64,000 nucleotides of DNA from Entomortierella parvispora E1425 (GCA_020891255.1 BQFW01000001.1:2852001-2916000); one strand, 5' to 3'. Numbered from the stretch's first letter, positions 1 to 12,211 are shown. The notes: generated by a model not told the origin, from the sequence alone. Numbers and translations: made by a program.

Positions 1-52
1 CTACCGCCACGCCATTCAAGACGACCACCTTCCCTACCCACTTCCTTACATC

Positions 53-976
53 ATGAATCAACATCAACACAACTTCGACGACGATATTGACGATGAACCC
101 AACACGTCAAGCTATCACGCCGCCTCCACCTTCACCGTTCCCGAACCTGTAATCCACAATGATCGTCCCTAAAAGAACCTTTTGCCCTCGGATCATGAAA
201 CTTTCAATGGCACCTGCTCCCACCACGAGGCCCGAGCATGGTTGCTACAGACAGAGTTGATTGCAGACATCAGTGAGATTCCTAGACCGAAATGGCCCAG
301 AGCCGCGATTGCCAAGCTTCGAGGTGACGCAAGAGTCTGGGGCCTGAATTACAACTCACTCCACACCAATGCCACGTGGGACACTTTCTCAGCCGCCTTT
401 TTAAGTCAGTTCAGCTCAGAAGACTTGGAAGAGACCCTTCGCAACGAACTCGATAGTGTTGTCTGGGAAAAGACAGACACCCCCAACACCTTCTTCCACC
501 GTTTTCAGTTTGCTTTGATGCCTCTTGGTACCAATGTATCTGAAGGAGAAAAAGTACACGTCTTCAAGACCCGAAGTCCACAATTTTTGCGAAAATTTCT
601 GATCGAACACCAAGTCAAAACCTGGCAACAAGTCCGCCAACACTGTGAAATCCGAACAGAGATGAGCACAAGCCTTGGTATCATTTCCCAATCCGCGCAG
701 AACCGAATCAACCAAGCCAGACAAACGCCGCCGTCTCGCCCTTTTGTTGCTCCATCACGCTTTGGTTCCCCAAGACTTTTCCAACACCACGCTGCTGCAA
801 CAGCCCCGCCCCCTCGTCCCTCTCACATTACTGGAAACCCCACTACTGGTTTTTCAACTGGAAAACGCGTTAGTTTCTCTGGTCATCCGTTTTCACGCCC
901 TCCAGATCGACGAGACAGCACCCAAAACCAAAAATCAAAGTCAAGGTCGTCGATCTTCGATGGATATGGACGTTGA
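53..976 (+). pseudogene. gag: Element A gag (capsid region) with in-frame TAA at 170-172 and a frameshift near 900-930
   Basis: ATG at 53 is in frame with ORF 182..976 but separated by TAA; retrotransposon gag-like W/F pattern; zinc knuckles continue in another frame. Confidence 0.75.
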
Positions 977-1391
977 TGTGTTCAACATCGAGTGCCACAA
1001 TTGCGGAGACAATCACAAGGCCGCAGAATGCCCCAAGCCGCAAACTTGTTATAACTGTGGACAGCGAGGACACTACAAACGCGACTGCCCTCAAGGAGGA
1101 CAAAACCAAGGACGACCACAACGAAGGAATCGCCCAAACGTGAACATCAACATGACCCATATCGATCCACAAGATTTCAAGCCCGAAACTTGCCCATTGA
1201 TGGTCGTACCCCTCTACGTCGACGGTTGGCAATTCGACGCCCTTTTTGATAACGGCGCCAACGTCAACGTTATTTCTTCTCGTGCCCTCGAAGTTATCCG
1301 TGAAGAATCCCCGGAATCCATCCTCGATGAAAAACGAATCTATGAGCCGACCCCTGTACGAACAGCCCATGCAGGGAGACCTAGGTGCTAA
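930..1391 (+). pseudogene. Element A nucleocapsid (2x CCHC) and N-terminal half of protease
   Basis: CHNCGDNHKAAEC and CYNCGQRGHYKRDC; FDALFDNGANVNVIS in ORF 675..1391; protease continues in the next frame near 1370. Confidence 0.85.
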
Positions 1392-3491
1392 GGCACTAGG
1401 CGAAGTCATCCTTCGAGTTGTTATTGGAGAACACACCTGCCGTTTCACAGCCACGGTTGTTCCCGACCTAGCTCACGATGTTTTCATTGGACTTCCATGG
1501 ATGTTCCGCTACAAACCTCAAATCAATTGGGATCGCTACTCATTGACTTGGCAAGTCAATGGCCGAAAACACGAAGCCATCGCCAGATCTCAGCCCGCCA
1601 GTACCCTTCTGCAGAACGAACAGGTACCTGAACTTGCATATGTGCAGACGAACGCACAGCGGTTCTTACACACCATGGCCGCCGATGATACACAAGAAGC
1701 AGGAATCGTTTGGTTAATGAAAACCCACGTTCCAGAACACACCCGAGCAGAAGAGCTCATGACCAACCCGGACCTGACAGTAGAACAGCAAGCTCAAATC
1801 GATGAGATAGTGAAGGAGTACCAGCAGGATGTATTCGCTCCACTCTCAGAGATGCCACCAGCCCGTCCCGGTTTCGATCACCAAATCCCCACTGGAGTAA
1901 CAAGTCCTGTGGTCAAGAAGATATATAAGATGTCACCCCTCGAGCTCAAGACTCTCAAAGAACAGTTGGATGAGCTGTTACGGTTGGGGTACATCCAGCC
2001 CTCAACGTCGCCGTGGGCCGCACCAGTCCTGTTCGTCAAGAAGAAAGATGGAACATTGAGACTGTGCATCGACTATCGTGGACTCAACGCCGTCACGATC
2101 AAGAACAAGTATTTTCTCCCGCACACCGATGAATTTTTCGATCGCATGCGAGGAGCCCGTTATTTCAGCAAGTTGGATCTCCAGCAGGGATATCATCAAC
2201 TTCAAGTTGCAGAAGAGGACAGACCCAAGACAGCGTTCTCTACCCGATATGGACACTACGAGTACTGTGTCATGGCTTTTGGTCTTACCAACGCGCCCGC
2301 GTCGTTTCAAGCCTTCATGAATACGATTTTCAGTAAAGAGTTGGATCAGTTCGTTGTTGTCTACCTCGACGACATCCTGATCTACTCCAAGACTTTCGAA
2401 GAACACTTGAAGCACATCCGAACAGTGCTATCAACGCTGCGAAAACATCACCTACATGCCAAGCAGAGCAAATGTGCGTTTGGATTATCCAGCATCACCT
2501 TCGTCGGACATGTGATATCCTACGATGGAATTCAAGTGGATCCAGCCAAGGTCGCAGTTGTCAAGAACTGGCCCACCCCAACCAACGTACAAGAGCTTCG
2601 TTCATTCATTGGATTTGTGAACTACCATCGCCGTCATATTTTCCACCATGCCGAAGTCACTGCTTGTCTTACAGACTTGTTGACCACTGGTCCAGGCCCA
2701 AACAAAGGAAAGTTGCGACCCGTGCCTACTTGGGGCCCAGTTCAACAAGCTGCTTTCGATGGAATCAAAGAACTTCTAGCGACTACCCCTGTATTGTGCC
2801 TTGGACACCCCGATGAGCCGTACTATATGGAAACCGATGCATCCGACATTGCCACAGGAGGAGTCCTTTATCAGATGCACGAAGGCAAAAGACACCCAGT
2901 TGCCTATGAGTCACGAAAACTTAAGCCAGCCGAGAAGAACTACCCGGTCCATGAGAAGGAACTCCTCGCCATTGTTCACGCATGCAGAGCATGGCGCACG
3001 TTTATTCTTGGCGCCCCCGAAAACGTGGTCTACACTGACCATGCAAGTCTACGATTTTTGTTGACCCAGCCACACCTGAGCCCGAGAATGACCCGTTGGG
3101 TTGAATTTTTGGCCCCCTACAACCTGTCGATCCAGTATAAGGCAGGAGCCACCAACATCGCTGCAGATGCGCTTTCCAGATTGCAAGTCAACAATGTGAC
3201 AGCAGGACGTCACATCGACACTTGGGATTGGCCGTTGCTTGTCCCTGCATTTCTGGATGATGGTTCTTTTCCGCCCCATACCGATGGAGACACCAAGAAG
3301 AGAGTCCGCAAGGAGGCTCATAACTTCACGACTGATGACGACGAATTGCGCTACATGGTTGAAGGAAGAGCAGTTCCCTTCGTTCCGTTTGCAGAGCGCG
3401 CAGATCGTCTCATTGAGTTGCACATCAAACACAAGGCTACGTCTGCTTACCATCCAAGGTCGAATGGAAAGTGTGAGCGTCTCAATGGTGT
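1370..3491 (+). pseudogene. pol: Element A pol: protease C-half, RT, RNase H, internally deleted integrase
   Basis: ORF 1246..3510: LRLCIDYRGLN, VYLDDILI, ETDASD, ADALSR, then AYHPRSNGKCERLNG; cut by B1 LTR at 3492. Confidence 0.92.
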
Positions 3492-3602
3492 TGTAACAGG
3501 AATACGGTGACATCACGCGATGTGTACCTACAAAAGCTAGAAACTTGCAATATAATAAAACTCACTTCTTGTCTCCACTCCACCCTCGATACTCCTATTG
3601 CA
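3492..3602 (+). repeat. B1 5' LTR (111 bp)
   Basis: TGTAACA...ATTGCA; identical to the three other copies. Confidence 0.97.
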
Positions 3603-3633
3603 TGGTAGCAAAGGTTTTCGATCCACTGACCTC
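3603..3633 (+). promoter_or_regulatory. B1 primer-binding site, tRNA-iMet type, extended
   Basis: TGGTAGCAAAGGTTTTCGATCCACTGACCTC directly after the LTR; resembles the reverse complement of the eukaryotic initiator tRNA 3' half. Confidence 0.8.
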
Positions 3634-3720
3634 ACTGACCCACTGACCCTCCGACACACTTACACCCTGGACCCCCTCGTATCCCTCTTCGATCAACTCT
3701 CCCTCGACAATTCACCCAAC

Positions 3721-4641
3721 ATGGACCCCGCGACACCGTCATTCAAATTCCCTCATCCAACACCGTTCAACGGCAAGCGCGACGGATTCTCTGTTCTCGG
3801 TTTTCTGAAACGCATGACCTTTTTCTTCGATGGCGCTGGAATTGCCGAACCTCGCAAGGTCGGGGTTACCCTTGCCTTTGCCGGCGATGAGGTTATCGGC
3901 TGGTGGGCACTCTTAAACAAGCCATCCGACACCTCATTCCCGGATTTCAGCGAGCTCCTTGCCACCGAGTTCAGTCCTGCGAAGTTTAAGGAGCACATTC
4001 TCGCCCTCACAATGCAAATGAAAATGACACTACCATTGAACATCTCCAACGTCATGGCCTATATTACCAAAGCCCGTGAATACCACCTGCTCCTCCAGTC
4101 TTACTACGCCGACAACGCAGTTCTCAACGATACTATCCGTACTGCCTTTCTCAGTGGTGCACCTACTCAGCTTCGCCAGATGCTGGAAGTGGCCATTGTT
4201 AATGCAGGCAACGACACCATAGATCTGCCCAGACTCTTCAAGGCCGCGGAGGAGTTCGGTCGTATCTTCCACACTGGAGACCCATCACTCGGTGCCAAAG
4301 CACTGGCTGCCTCGGGATCCTCTGCTGGTATCACCGACCCCAACGCAATGGAAGTGGACAATATTCATATCCAACTCAACAATATCCATAAGCAACTCGG
4401 CACCCTTCACCGCTCCTTACAGAACCGCCCCACCAACGGTACTAACAACCCTTCTCGAGATCGCCCCGCACCCCTGACCGCCGCCGACCGAGAGTACCTT
4501 GTACGTAACGGTGGCTGCTTCCGCTGCCGCGAATTGGGTCACATCAGTCCCAATTGCCCTAAGTACGGCAACGGCAGCCGAGGAATTAATCAAGTAACCG
4601 CGGGTGAATCCCCTGATTCGGGAAAAGCCTCCGGCAACTAG
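3721..4641 (+). CDS. gag: B1 Gag with CCHC knuckle
   Basis: P-TPFNGKRD gag motif, AMEVD, CFRCRELGHISPNC; intact ORF. Confidence 0.92.
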   Translation: MDPATPSFKFPHPTPFNGKRDGFSVLGFLKRMTFFFDGAGIAEPRKVGVTLAFAGDEVIGWWALLNKPSDTSFPDFSELLATEFSPAKFKEHILALTMQMKMTLPLNISNVMAYITKAREYHLLLQSYYADNAVLNDTIRTAFLSGAPTQLRQMLEVAIVNAGNDTIDLPRLFKAAEEFGRIFHTGDPSLGAKALAASGSSAGITDPNAMEVDNIHIQLNNIHKQLGTLHRSLQNRPTNGTNNPSRDRPAPLTAADREYLVRNGGCFRCRELGHISPNCPKYGNGSRGINQVTAGESPDSGKASGN

Positions 4642-4664
4642 GGTCGGTCCGGACCCCAGTTGTC
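4620..4664 (+). promoter_or_regulatory. Putative -1 ribosomal frameshift signal (gag-pol)
   Basis: G GGA AAA heptamer in gag frame, 6-nt spacer, then hairpin ggcaact-agggtc/gacccc-agttgtc; the -1 frame is open. Confidence 0.7.
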
Positions 4665-7372
4665 GAAACTGTAGCCAACAACCCTGAGCTAAGTACCTCA
4701 AATAAAACTTCACTTGATTCTACACCTCAGAAACATGACTCCAATCATGACAAGCGAACTCACATCCACGATGCTCTGGTTGTTCTATCGGACCGAAACC
4801 AAAACCAAACCAAAAAACCTGTTGCCTCGCCCGCTCCAGTTGCCCTGTCCGCTCCTCTACCTAGATCCTCCGATACAGATGAACCGGACCCTCTCGCTGT
4901 ACCGCCGGCACCTAGTGTACCTCTGTCCAAAAAGTCAGTTGAAGAAGTTGAAGCGTCGTGCGATTCGCCTACACGAATTCACTGTCCAAAAGGCAGAGAG
5001 CCAACTGCTCACTTTCATCGGTTCTGTCAATGGCCACGCTGCCAGAATCCTGATTGATGGTGGTGCAGAAGGTAATATTATCAGTTCGTCTTTTCAAAAG
5101 CGACACCAGCTCCTCCGCACTGAATGCTTGCCCATCCCCATCCTCCTCCCCAATGGCTCTTCCTCCCTCACATCACACACCGTCCCCATCACCCTCAACC
5201 GCAGCGACTACTCCGATTCGCTCAACCCTATTCTCTATCCTCTCAACAAATACGACCTCATCCTTGGCAAACCCTGGCTCACCAAAGTTAACCCTTGCAT
5301 CAATTGGCGCACCAACGATCTTCATTTCACTCACAATGGAATCGATGTCAAATGGAGCTGCCGCGGCTTCAAGGCCGATCACATCCAAAGCCGCACCAAA
5401 GGACTCCTCCTCACACACATGCACTTTCATTCCATGGCAACCCTGCCCGGCTCGGAGGTGTTCCTGGCCCTTATTCGCAACACCCCAGAGCCCTCTGAAG
5501 AAACTGACCAACCGCGTACAATTCCCGATATGACCCCCAGAGGTGCGGTCCATTGTCATGGAAGAGTTCGCTGATGTCTTTCCGGAGAAACTCCCGGACG
5601 GCCTGCCCCTAGACCGTGGTGATGCTATGAAGATCGAGACCGACCCGACAGCCGACCCACCCTTCCGCCCTGTCATTAGACTTTCAATCGCCGAGCTTGA
5701 CGAACTTCGCAAACAACTGGACCAATTGCTAGCAGCAGGTTTTATCAAACCCAGTACCTCTCCCTATGGCGCCCCCGTGCTCTTTGTGCGGAAGAAGGAC
5801 GGCACACTCCGAATGTGCGTCGACTACCGTGGCCTCAACAAGATCACCAGGAAGAACAGACACCCGTTGCCCCGTATCGACGAGCTACTTGACCGCTTCC
5901 GTGGAGCACGCTATTACTCCAAGTTGGACTTGTTATCCGGTTATCATCAGCAGCGTATCTTTGAACCACACACACACAAGACTGCCTTCCGTTGTCGCTA
6001 TGGTCACTTTGAGTTCAATGTTGTTCCCTTTGGCCTTACTAACGCTCCTGCTTCGTTCTCCAATATGATGTTGCGAGTACTCGATCCAGTCTTGGACAAA
6101 TGGGTTGTCGTGTATCTCGACGATCTGTTGATCTACTCCAAGACAAAGAAAGAACACCTGCAGCATCTCCGAAGCGTCCTGGCTCTCCTCCGCAAGAATG
6201 GTCTGTACGCGAAATTGAGCAAGTGCTCCTTCATGCAAGACGAAACTGAATTTTTGGGCCACACCATCACGAAGGACGGGATCAAAACATCGGCCGGGCT
6301 CAGCAAAGCCATCAGTGACTGGCCCACCCCCAAGAGCACAAAGGACGTCCAGCAATTTTTGGGGCTTGCGCAATTTTATCAACAGTACGTATCGGGCTTT
6401 GCAGGGATTGCCCTCCCTCTCTCTTCCCTCCTCGCCAACAACACTCCCTTCAAATGGACCGACGAACAACAATCTGCATTCCTTCAGCTCAAACGCGCCA
6501 TCTGCTCCGCCCCCGTCCTCCGCATCTTCGACCCTGATCTCTCACCTTTGTCGAAACAGATGCATCCGGTTTCGCCATCGGTGCAGTGCTGCTGCAGACT
6601 GACCGGGAAGGGAATACCCATCCCATCGCATTCACTTCCAGGAAAAATGCAGTCAGCTGAGCGGAACTACCCTGTCCATGAGCAGGAACTGTTGGCTGTC
6701 ATCCATGCGCTCCGCACTTGGCGCTACTACCTCGATGGAACCAAGTTCAGCGTCCACACCGACCACGCCACCCTCCGCCACTTCCCCACACAGCCCAAAC
6801 TCACTCGTCGACAGGCTCGCTGGATGGAGTTGCTTCAGGAATACGACTTTGACTTCAAGTACAAGCGAGGAGTTGACAACATCGTCCCAGACGCTCTCTC
6901 CCGACGACCGGACTACCGCGAGCCTGACCCTGTTGAGCTATACAACCTCAGCGTCTCCCTGTCCCCGGACGTCCGTGACCAGCTTGTCCAGGACTACAAC
7001 GACGATCCTCGACTTGGACCCATCTACAAGGATTGCCTGGATGGGAAGGTTGCCAATGGATATTCATTCCAGAACAACCTCCTCTACTTTACCCGACGTG
7101 GAGCAACCACCCTGGCCATCCCTCGGCACTCCCCGATCCGCCTCACTCTCTTGCACGACGCTCACGACTCTGCCACTGCTGGACACTTTGGTTTTCAAAA
7201 GACTTACGACAACCTGCGCCGTTTCGTATATTGGCCCCACATCGCCAAGGATACCCAGCAGTATGTAGCAACCTGCGAGAAGTGTCAAAGGAACAAGGAC
7301 TCACAGGATCGACCAGCTGGACTCTTGCAACCGCTACCCATTCCTTCGCAACGTTGGGAGGTAGTCACCATG
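4620..7372 (+). pseudogene. pol: B1 pol 5' part (protease, RT, RNase H, integrase zinc finger) with several 1-nt indels
   Basis: LIDGGAEGN, LRMCVDYRGLN, VYLDDLLI, DALSRR, GHFG...CEKC; frame breaks near 4930, 5535, 6540 and 6647. Confidence 0.92.
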
Positions 7373-7483
7373 TGCAATAGGAGTATCGAGGGTGGAGTGG
7401 AGACAAGAAGTGAGTTTTATTATATTGCAAGTTTCTAGCTTTTGTAGGTACACATCGCGTGATGTCACCGTATTCCTGTTACA
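7373..7483 (-). repeat. B2 3' LTR (111 bp)
   Basis: Exact reverse complement of the B1 LTR. Confidence 0.97.
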
Positions 7484-7493
7484 CCTTCCCCTT

Positions 7494-10400
7494 TTAAAAA
7501 ATGATACCGTGCTGCTCTTTGAAGGTTGTGACCAAGTCCATGCAGTTGTCCAAGTTGCTTACTGGGAGCCATTCGTCAGCTTCTCTGCCGTAGCCTTTGA
7601 ATGACACTAGGAACTGGTGTTGTCTGCGGTAGAAGCGGTACTTTAAAATTTCGTCCACTTCATACTCCTCTTCGCCGTCAATTACAGTGGGATCCACGGG
7701 GGCAGGAGCTCGAATGCCGAGTGACTCCGGGGACGGCAAATAGGGTCGAAAGGTATCAACGTGGAAGACGTCATGGATTTTGTAGAATGGTGGCAGCTCG
7801 ACGCGGAAGGTGACAGGTGAGTGTTGCTCCAAAAGTGTGAACGGGCCAAGGAATTGAGGTCGAAGTTTATCGGCTGGTCTGATACTGTCGGCAGGGATGG
7901 TGATATTGGTGGCACGCAGCAGGACCTTATCGCCAACCTTGTACTTGTGATCCCGTCGTCGCTTGTTTGCCTGTTGCTCCTGATGATCCTGAGCACGCTG
8001 CAGAGCATCCTGGGCCAGGGCAAGGGTGGTCGCCTGCTCAGTCAGGAAGGTATCGACAGTGGGGACTGAGCTGCTGGGTTTACCGAGGAGAGCGGTGGGG
8101 AGACGAGGGTGCTGGCCAGAGTTGAGGAAGAACGGCGAGTATCCCGTGGATGCATTGACAGCGTTGTTATAGGCGAATTCCAGTGACGGAAGGAGCTGGT
8201 CCCAGTTAGACTGCTTGTTGTCAATAAACGCTCTCAACATAGTCTTCAGCGTCTTGTTCATAACCTCTGTCTGCCCATCCGTCTGTGGGTGGTAGGCGGT
8301 TGACAGTGCAAGTTTGACATCCATTAGCCTGTGCAACTCTTGCCAGAATCTACTAGTGAATCGAGTGTCGCGGTCCGAGATGATGGATGTTGGTGTGCCA
8401 TGCAGCTTAAAGATGTTGTCAAAAAACTGGTGGGCGACGTCGACGGCTGTGGCAGAGGTAGTACTGGGGACGAAGTGAGCTTGCTTGGTCAGCTTGTCGA
8501 CAAACACTGTGATGGCGTCAAAATTTCTAGCTGTGGGCGGAAGAGGGCCGATGAAGTCCATGGTGACTACCTCCCAACGTTGCGAAGGAATGGGTAGCGG
8601 TTGCAAGAGTCCAGCTGGTCGATCCTGTGAGTCCTTGTTCCTTTGACACTTCTCGCAGGTTGCTACATACTGCTGGGTATCCTTGGCGATGTGGGGCCAA
8701 TATACGAAACGGCGCAGGTTGTCGTAAGTCTTTTGAAAACCAAAGTGTCCAGCAGTGGCAGAGTCGTGAGCGTCGTGCAAGAGAGTGAGGCGGATCGGGG
8801 AGTGCCGAGGGATGGCCAGGGTGGTTGCTCCACGTCGGGTAAAGTAGAGGAGGTTGTTCTGGAATGAATATCCATTGGCAACCTTCCCATCCAGGCAATC
8901 CTTGTAGATGGGTCCAAGTCGAGGATCGTCGTTGTAGTCCTGGACAAGCTGGTCACGGACGTCCGGGGACAGGGAGACGCTGAGGTTGTATAGCTCAACA
9001 GGGTCAGGCTCGCGGTAGTCCGGTCGTCGGGAGAGAGCGTCTGGGACGATGTTGTCAACTCCTCGCTTGTACTTGAAGTCAAAGTCGTATTCCTGAAGCA
9101 ACTCCATCCAGCGAGCCTGTCGACGAGTGAGTTTGGGCTGTGTGGGGAAGTGGCGGAGGGTGGCGTGGTCGGTGTGGACGCTGAACTTGGTTCCATCGAG
9201 GTAGTAGCGCCAAGTGCGGAGCGCATGGATGACAGCCAACAGTTCCTGCTCATGGACAGGGTAGTTCCGCTCAGCTGACTGCATATTTTTCCTGGAAGTG
9301 AATGCGATGGGATGGGTATTCCCTTCCCGGTCAGTCTGCAGCAGCACTGCACCGATGGCGAAACCGGATGCATCTGTTTCGACAAAGGTGAGAGATCGGG
9401 GTCGAAGATGCGGAGGACGGGGGCGGAGCAGATGGCGCGTTTGAGCTGAAGGAATGCAGATTGTTGTTCGTCGGTCCATTTGAAGGGAGTGTTGTTGGCG
9501 AGGAGGGAAGAGAGAGGGAGGGCAATCCCTGCAAAGCCCGATACGTACTGTTGATAAAATTGCGCAAGCCCCAAAAATTGCTGGACGTCCTTTGTGCTCT
9601 TGGGGGTGGGCCAGTCACTGATGGCTTTGCTGAGCCCGGCCGATGTTTTGATCCCGTCCTTCGTGATGGTGTGGCCCAAAAATTCAGTTTCGTCTTGCAT
9701 GAAGGAGCACTTGCTCAATTTCGCGTACAGACCATTCTTGCGGAGGAGAGCCAGGACGCTTCGGAGATGCTGCAGGTGTTCTTTCTTTGTCTTGGAGTAG
9801 ATCAACAGATCGTCGAGATACACGACAACCCATTTGTCCAAGACTGGATCGAGTACTCGCAACATCATATTGGAGAACGAAGCAGGAGCGTTAGTAAGGC
9901 CAAAGGGAACAACATTGAACTCAAAGTGACCATAGCGACAACGGAAGGCAGTCTTGTGTGTGTGTGGTTCAAAGATACGCTGCTGATGATAACCGGATAA
10001 CAAGTCCAACTTGGAGTAATAGCGTGCTCCACGGAAGCGGTCAAGTAGCTCGTCGATACGGGGCAGCGGGTGTCTGTTCTTCCTGGTGATCTTGTTGAGG
10101 CCACGGTAGTCGACGCACATTCGGAGTGTGCCGTCCTTCTTCCGCACAAAGAGCACGGGGGCGCCATAGGGAGAGGTACTGGGTTTGATAAAACCTGCTG
10201 CTAGCAATTGGTCCAGTTGTTTGCGAAGTTCGTCAAGCTCGGCGATTGAAAGTCTAATGACAGGGCGGAAGGGTGGGTCGGCTGTCGGGTCGGTCTCGAT
10301 CTTCATAGCATCACCACGGTCTGGGGGCAGGCCGTCCGGGAGTTTCTCCGGAAAGACATCAGCGAACTCTTCCATGACAATGGACCGCACCTCTGGGGTC

Positions 10401-11312
10401 ATATCGGGAATTGTACGCGGTTGGTCAGTTTCTTCAGAGGGCTCTGGGGTGTTGCGAATAAGGGCCAGGAACACCTCCGAGCCGGGCAGGGTTGCCATGG
10501 AATGAAAGTGCATGTGTGTGAGGAGGAGTCCTTTGGTGCGGCTTTGGATGTGATCGGCCTTGAAGCCGCGGCAGCTCCATTTGACATCGATTCCATTGTG
10601 AGTGAAATGAAGATCGTTGGTGCGCCAATTGATGCAAGGGTTAACTTTGGTGAGCCAGGGTTTGCCAAGGATGAGGTCGTATTTGTTGAGAGGATAGAGA
10701 ATAGGGTTGAGCGAATCGGAGTAGTCGCTGCGGTTGAGGGTGATGGGGACGGTGTGTGATGTGAGGGAGGAAGAGCCATTGGGGAGGAGGATGGGGATGG
10801 GCAAGCATTCAGTGCGGAGGAGCTGGTGTCGCTTTTGAAAAGACGAACTGATAATATTACCTTCTGCACCACCATCAATCAGGATTCTGGCAGCGTGGCC
10901 ATTGACAGAACCGATGAAAGTGAGCAGTTGGCTCTCTGCCTTTTGGACAGTGAATTCGTGTAGGCGAATCGCACGACGCTTCAACTTCTTCAACTGACTT
11001 TTTGGACAGAGGTACACTAGGTGCCGGCGGTACAGCGAGAGGGTCCGGTTCATCTGTATCGGAGGATCTAGGTAGAGGAGCGGACAGGGCAACTGGAGCG
11101 GGCGAGGCAACAGGTTTTTTGGTTTGGTTTTGGTTTCGGTCCGATAGAACAACCAGAGCATCGTGGATGTGAGTTCGCTTGTCATGATTGGAGTCATGTT
11201 TCTGAGGTGTAGAATCAAGTGAAGTTTTATTTGAGGTACTTAGCTCAGGGTTGTTGGCTACAGTTTCGACAACTGGGGTCCGGACCGACCCTAGTTGCCG
11301 GAGGCTTTTCCC
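7494..11312 (-). pseudogene. pol: B2 pol (PR-RT-RH-IN-chromodomain) with two apparent frameshifts
   Basis: ORFs 8663..11218 and 7494..9479 together give a complete pol; breaks near 11000 and 9390. Confidence 0.92.
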
Positions 11313-12211
11313 GAATCAGGGGATTCACCCGCGGTTACTTGATTAATTCCTCGGCTGCCGTTGCCGTACTTAGGGCAATTGGGACTGATGTGACCCAATT
11401 CGCGGCAGCGGAAGCAGCCACCGTTACGTACAAGGTACTCTCGGTCGGCGGCGGTCAGGGGTGCGGGGCGATCTCGAGAAGGGTTGTTAGTACCGTTGGT
11501 GGGGCGGTTCTGTAAGGAGCGGTGAAGGGTGCCGAGTTGCTTGTGGATATTGTTGAGTTGGATATGAATATTGTCCACTTCCATTGCGTTGGGGTCGGTG
11601 ATACCAGCAGAGGATCCCGAGGCAGCCAGTGCTTTGGCACCGAGTGATGGGTCTTCAGTGTGGAAGATACGACCGAACTCCTCCGCGGCCTTAAAGAGTC
11701 TGGGCAGATCTATGGTGTCGTTGCCTGCATTAACAATGGCCACTTCCAGCATCTGGCGAAGCTGAGTAGGTGCACCACTGAGAAAGGCAGTACGGATAGT
11801 ATCGTTGAGAACTGCGTTGTCGGCGTAGTAAGACTGGAGGAGTAGGTGGTATTCACGGGCTTTGGTAATATAGGCCATGACGTTGGAGATGTTCAGTGGC
11901 AGTGTCATTTTCATTTGCATTGTGAGGGCGAGAATGTGCTCCTTAAACTTCGCAGGGCTGAACTCGGCGGCAAGGAGCTCGCTGAAATCCGGGAATGAGG
12001 TGTCGGATGGCTTGTTTAAGAGTGCCCACCAGCCGATAACCTCATCGCCGGCAAAGGCAAGGGTAACCCCGACCTTGCGAGATTCGGCAATTCCAGCGCC
12101 ATCGAAGAAAAAGGTCATGCGTTTCAGAAAACCGAGAACAGAGAATCCGTCGCGCTTGCCGTTGAACGGTGTTGGATGAGGGAATTTGAATGACGGTGTC
12201 GCGGAGTCCAT
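11291..12211 (-). CDS. gag: B2 Gag
   Basis: Near-identical to B1 Gag with a few substitutions (e.g. DPATP/DSATP, AEPRK/AESRK, HTGDP/HTEDP). Confidence 0.92.
   Translation of the reverse strand: MDSATPSFKFPHPTPFNGKRDGFSVLGFLKRMTFFFDGAGIAESRKVGVTLAFAGDEVIGWWALLNKPSDTSFPDFSELLAAEFSPAKFKEHILALTMQMKMTLPLNISNVMAYITKAREYHLLLQSYYADNAVLNDTIRTAFLSGAPTQLRQMLEVAIVNAGNDTIDLPRLFKAAEEFGRIFHTEDPSLGAKALAASGSSAGITDPNAMEVDNIHIQLNNIHKQLGTLHRSLQNRPTNGTNNPSRDRPAPLTAADREYLVRNGGCFRCRELGHISPNCPKYGNGSRGINQVTAGESPDSGKASGN

Noticed and set aside
170-172. RIP-like mutation as the cause of the gag stop in A
   Set aside because: Single site only; the near-identical B copies show no dense C-to-T pattern
4639-4713. Stop-codon readthrough from B gag into the in-frame ORF at 4714
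   Set aside because: A second in-frame TAG at 4672-4674 blocks it; the -1 frameshift signal explains the junction better
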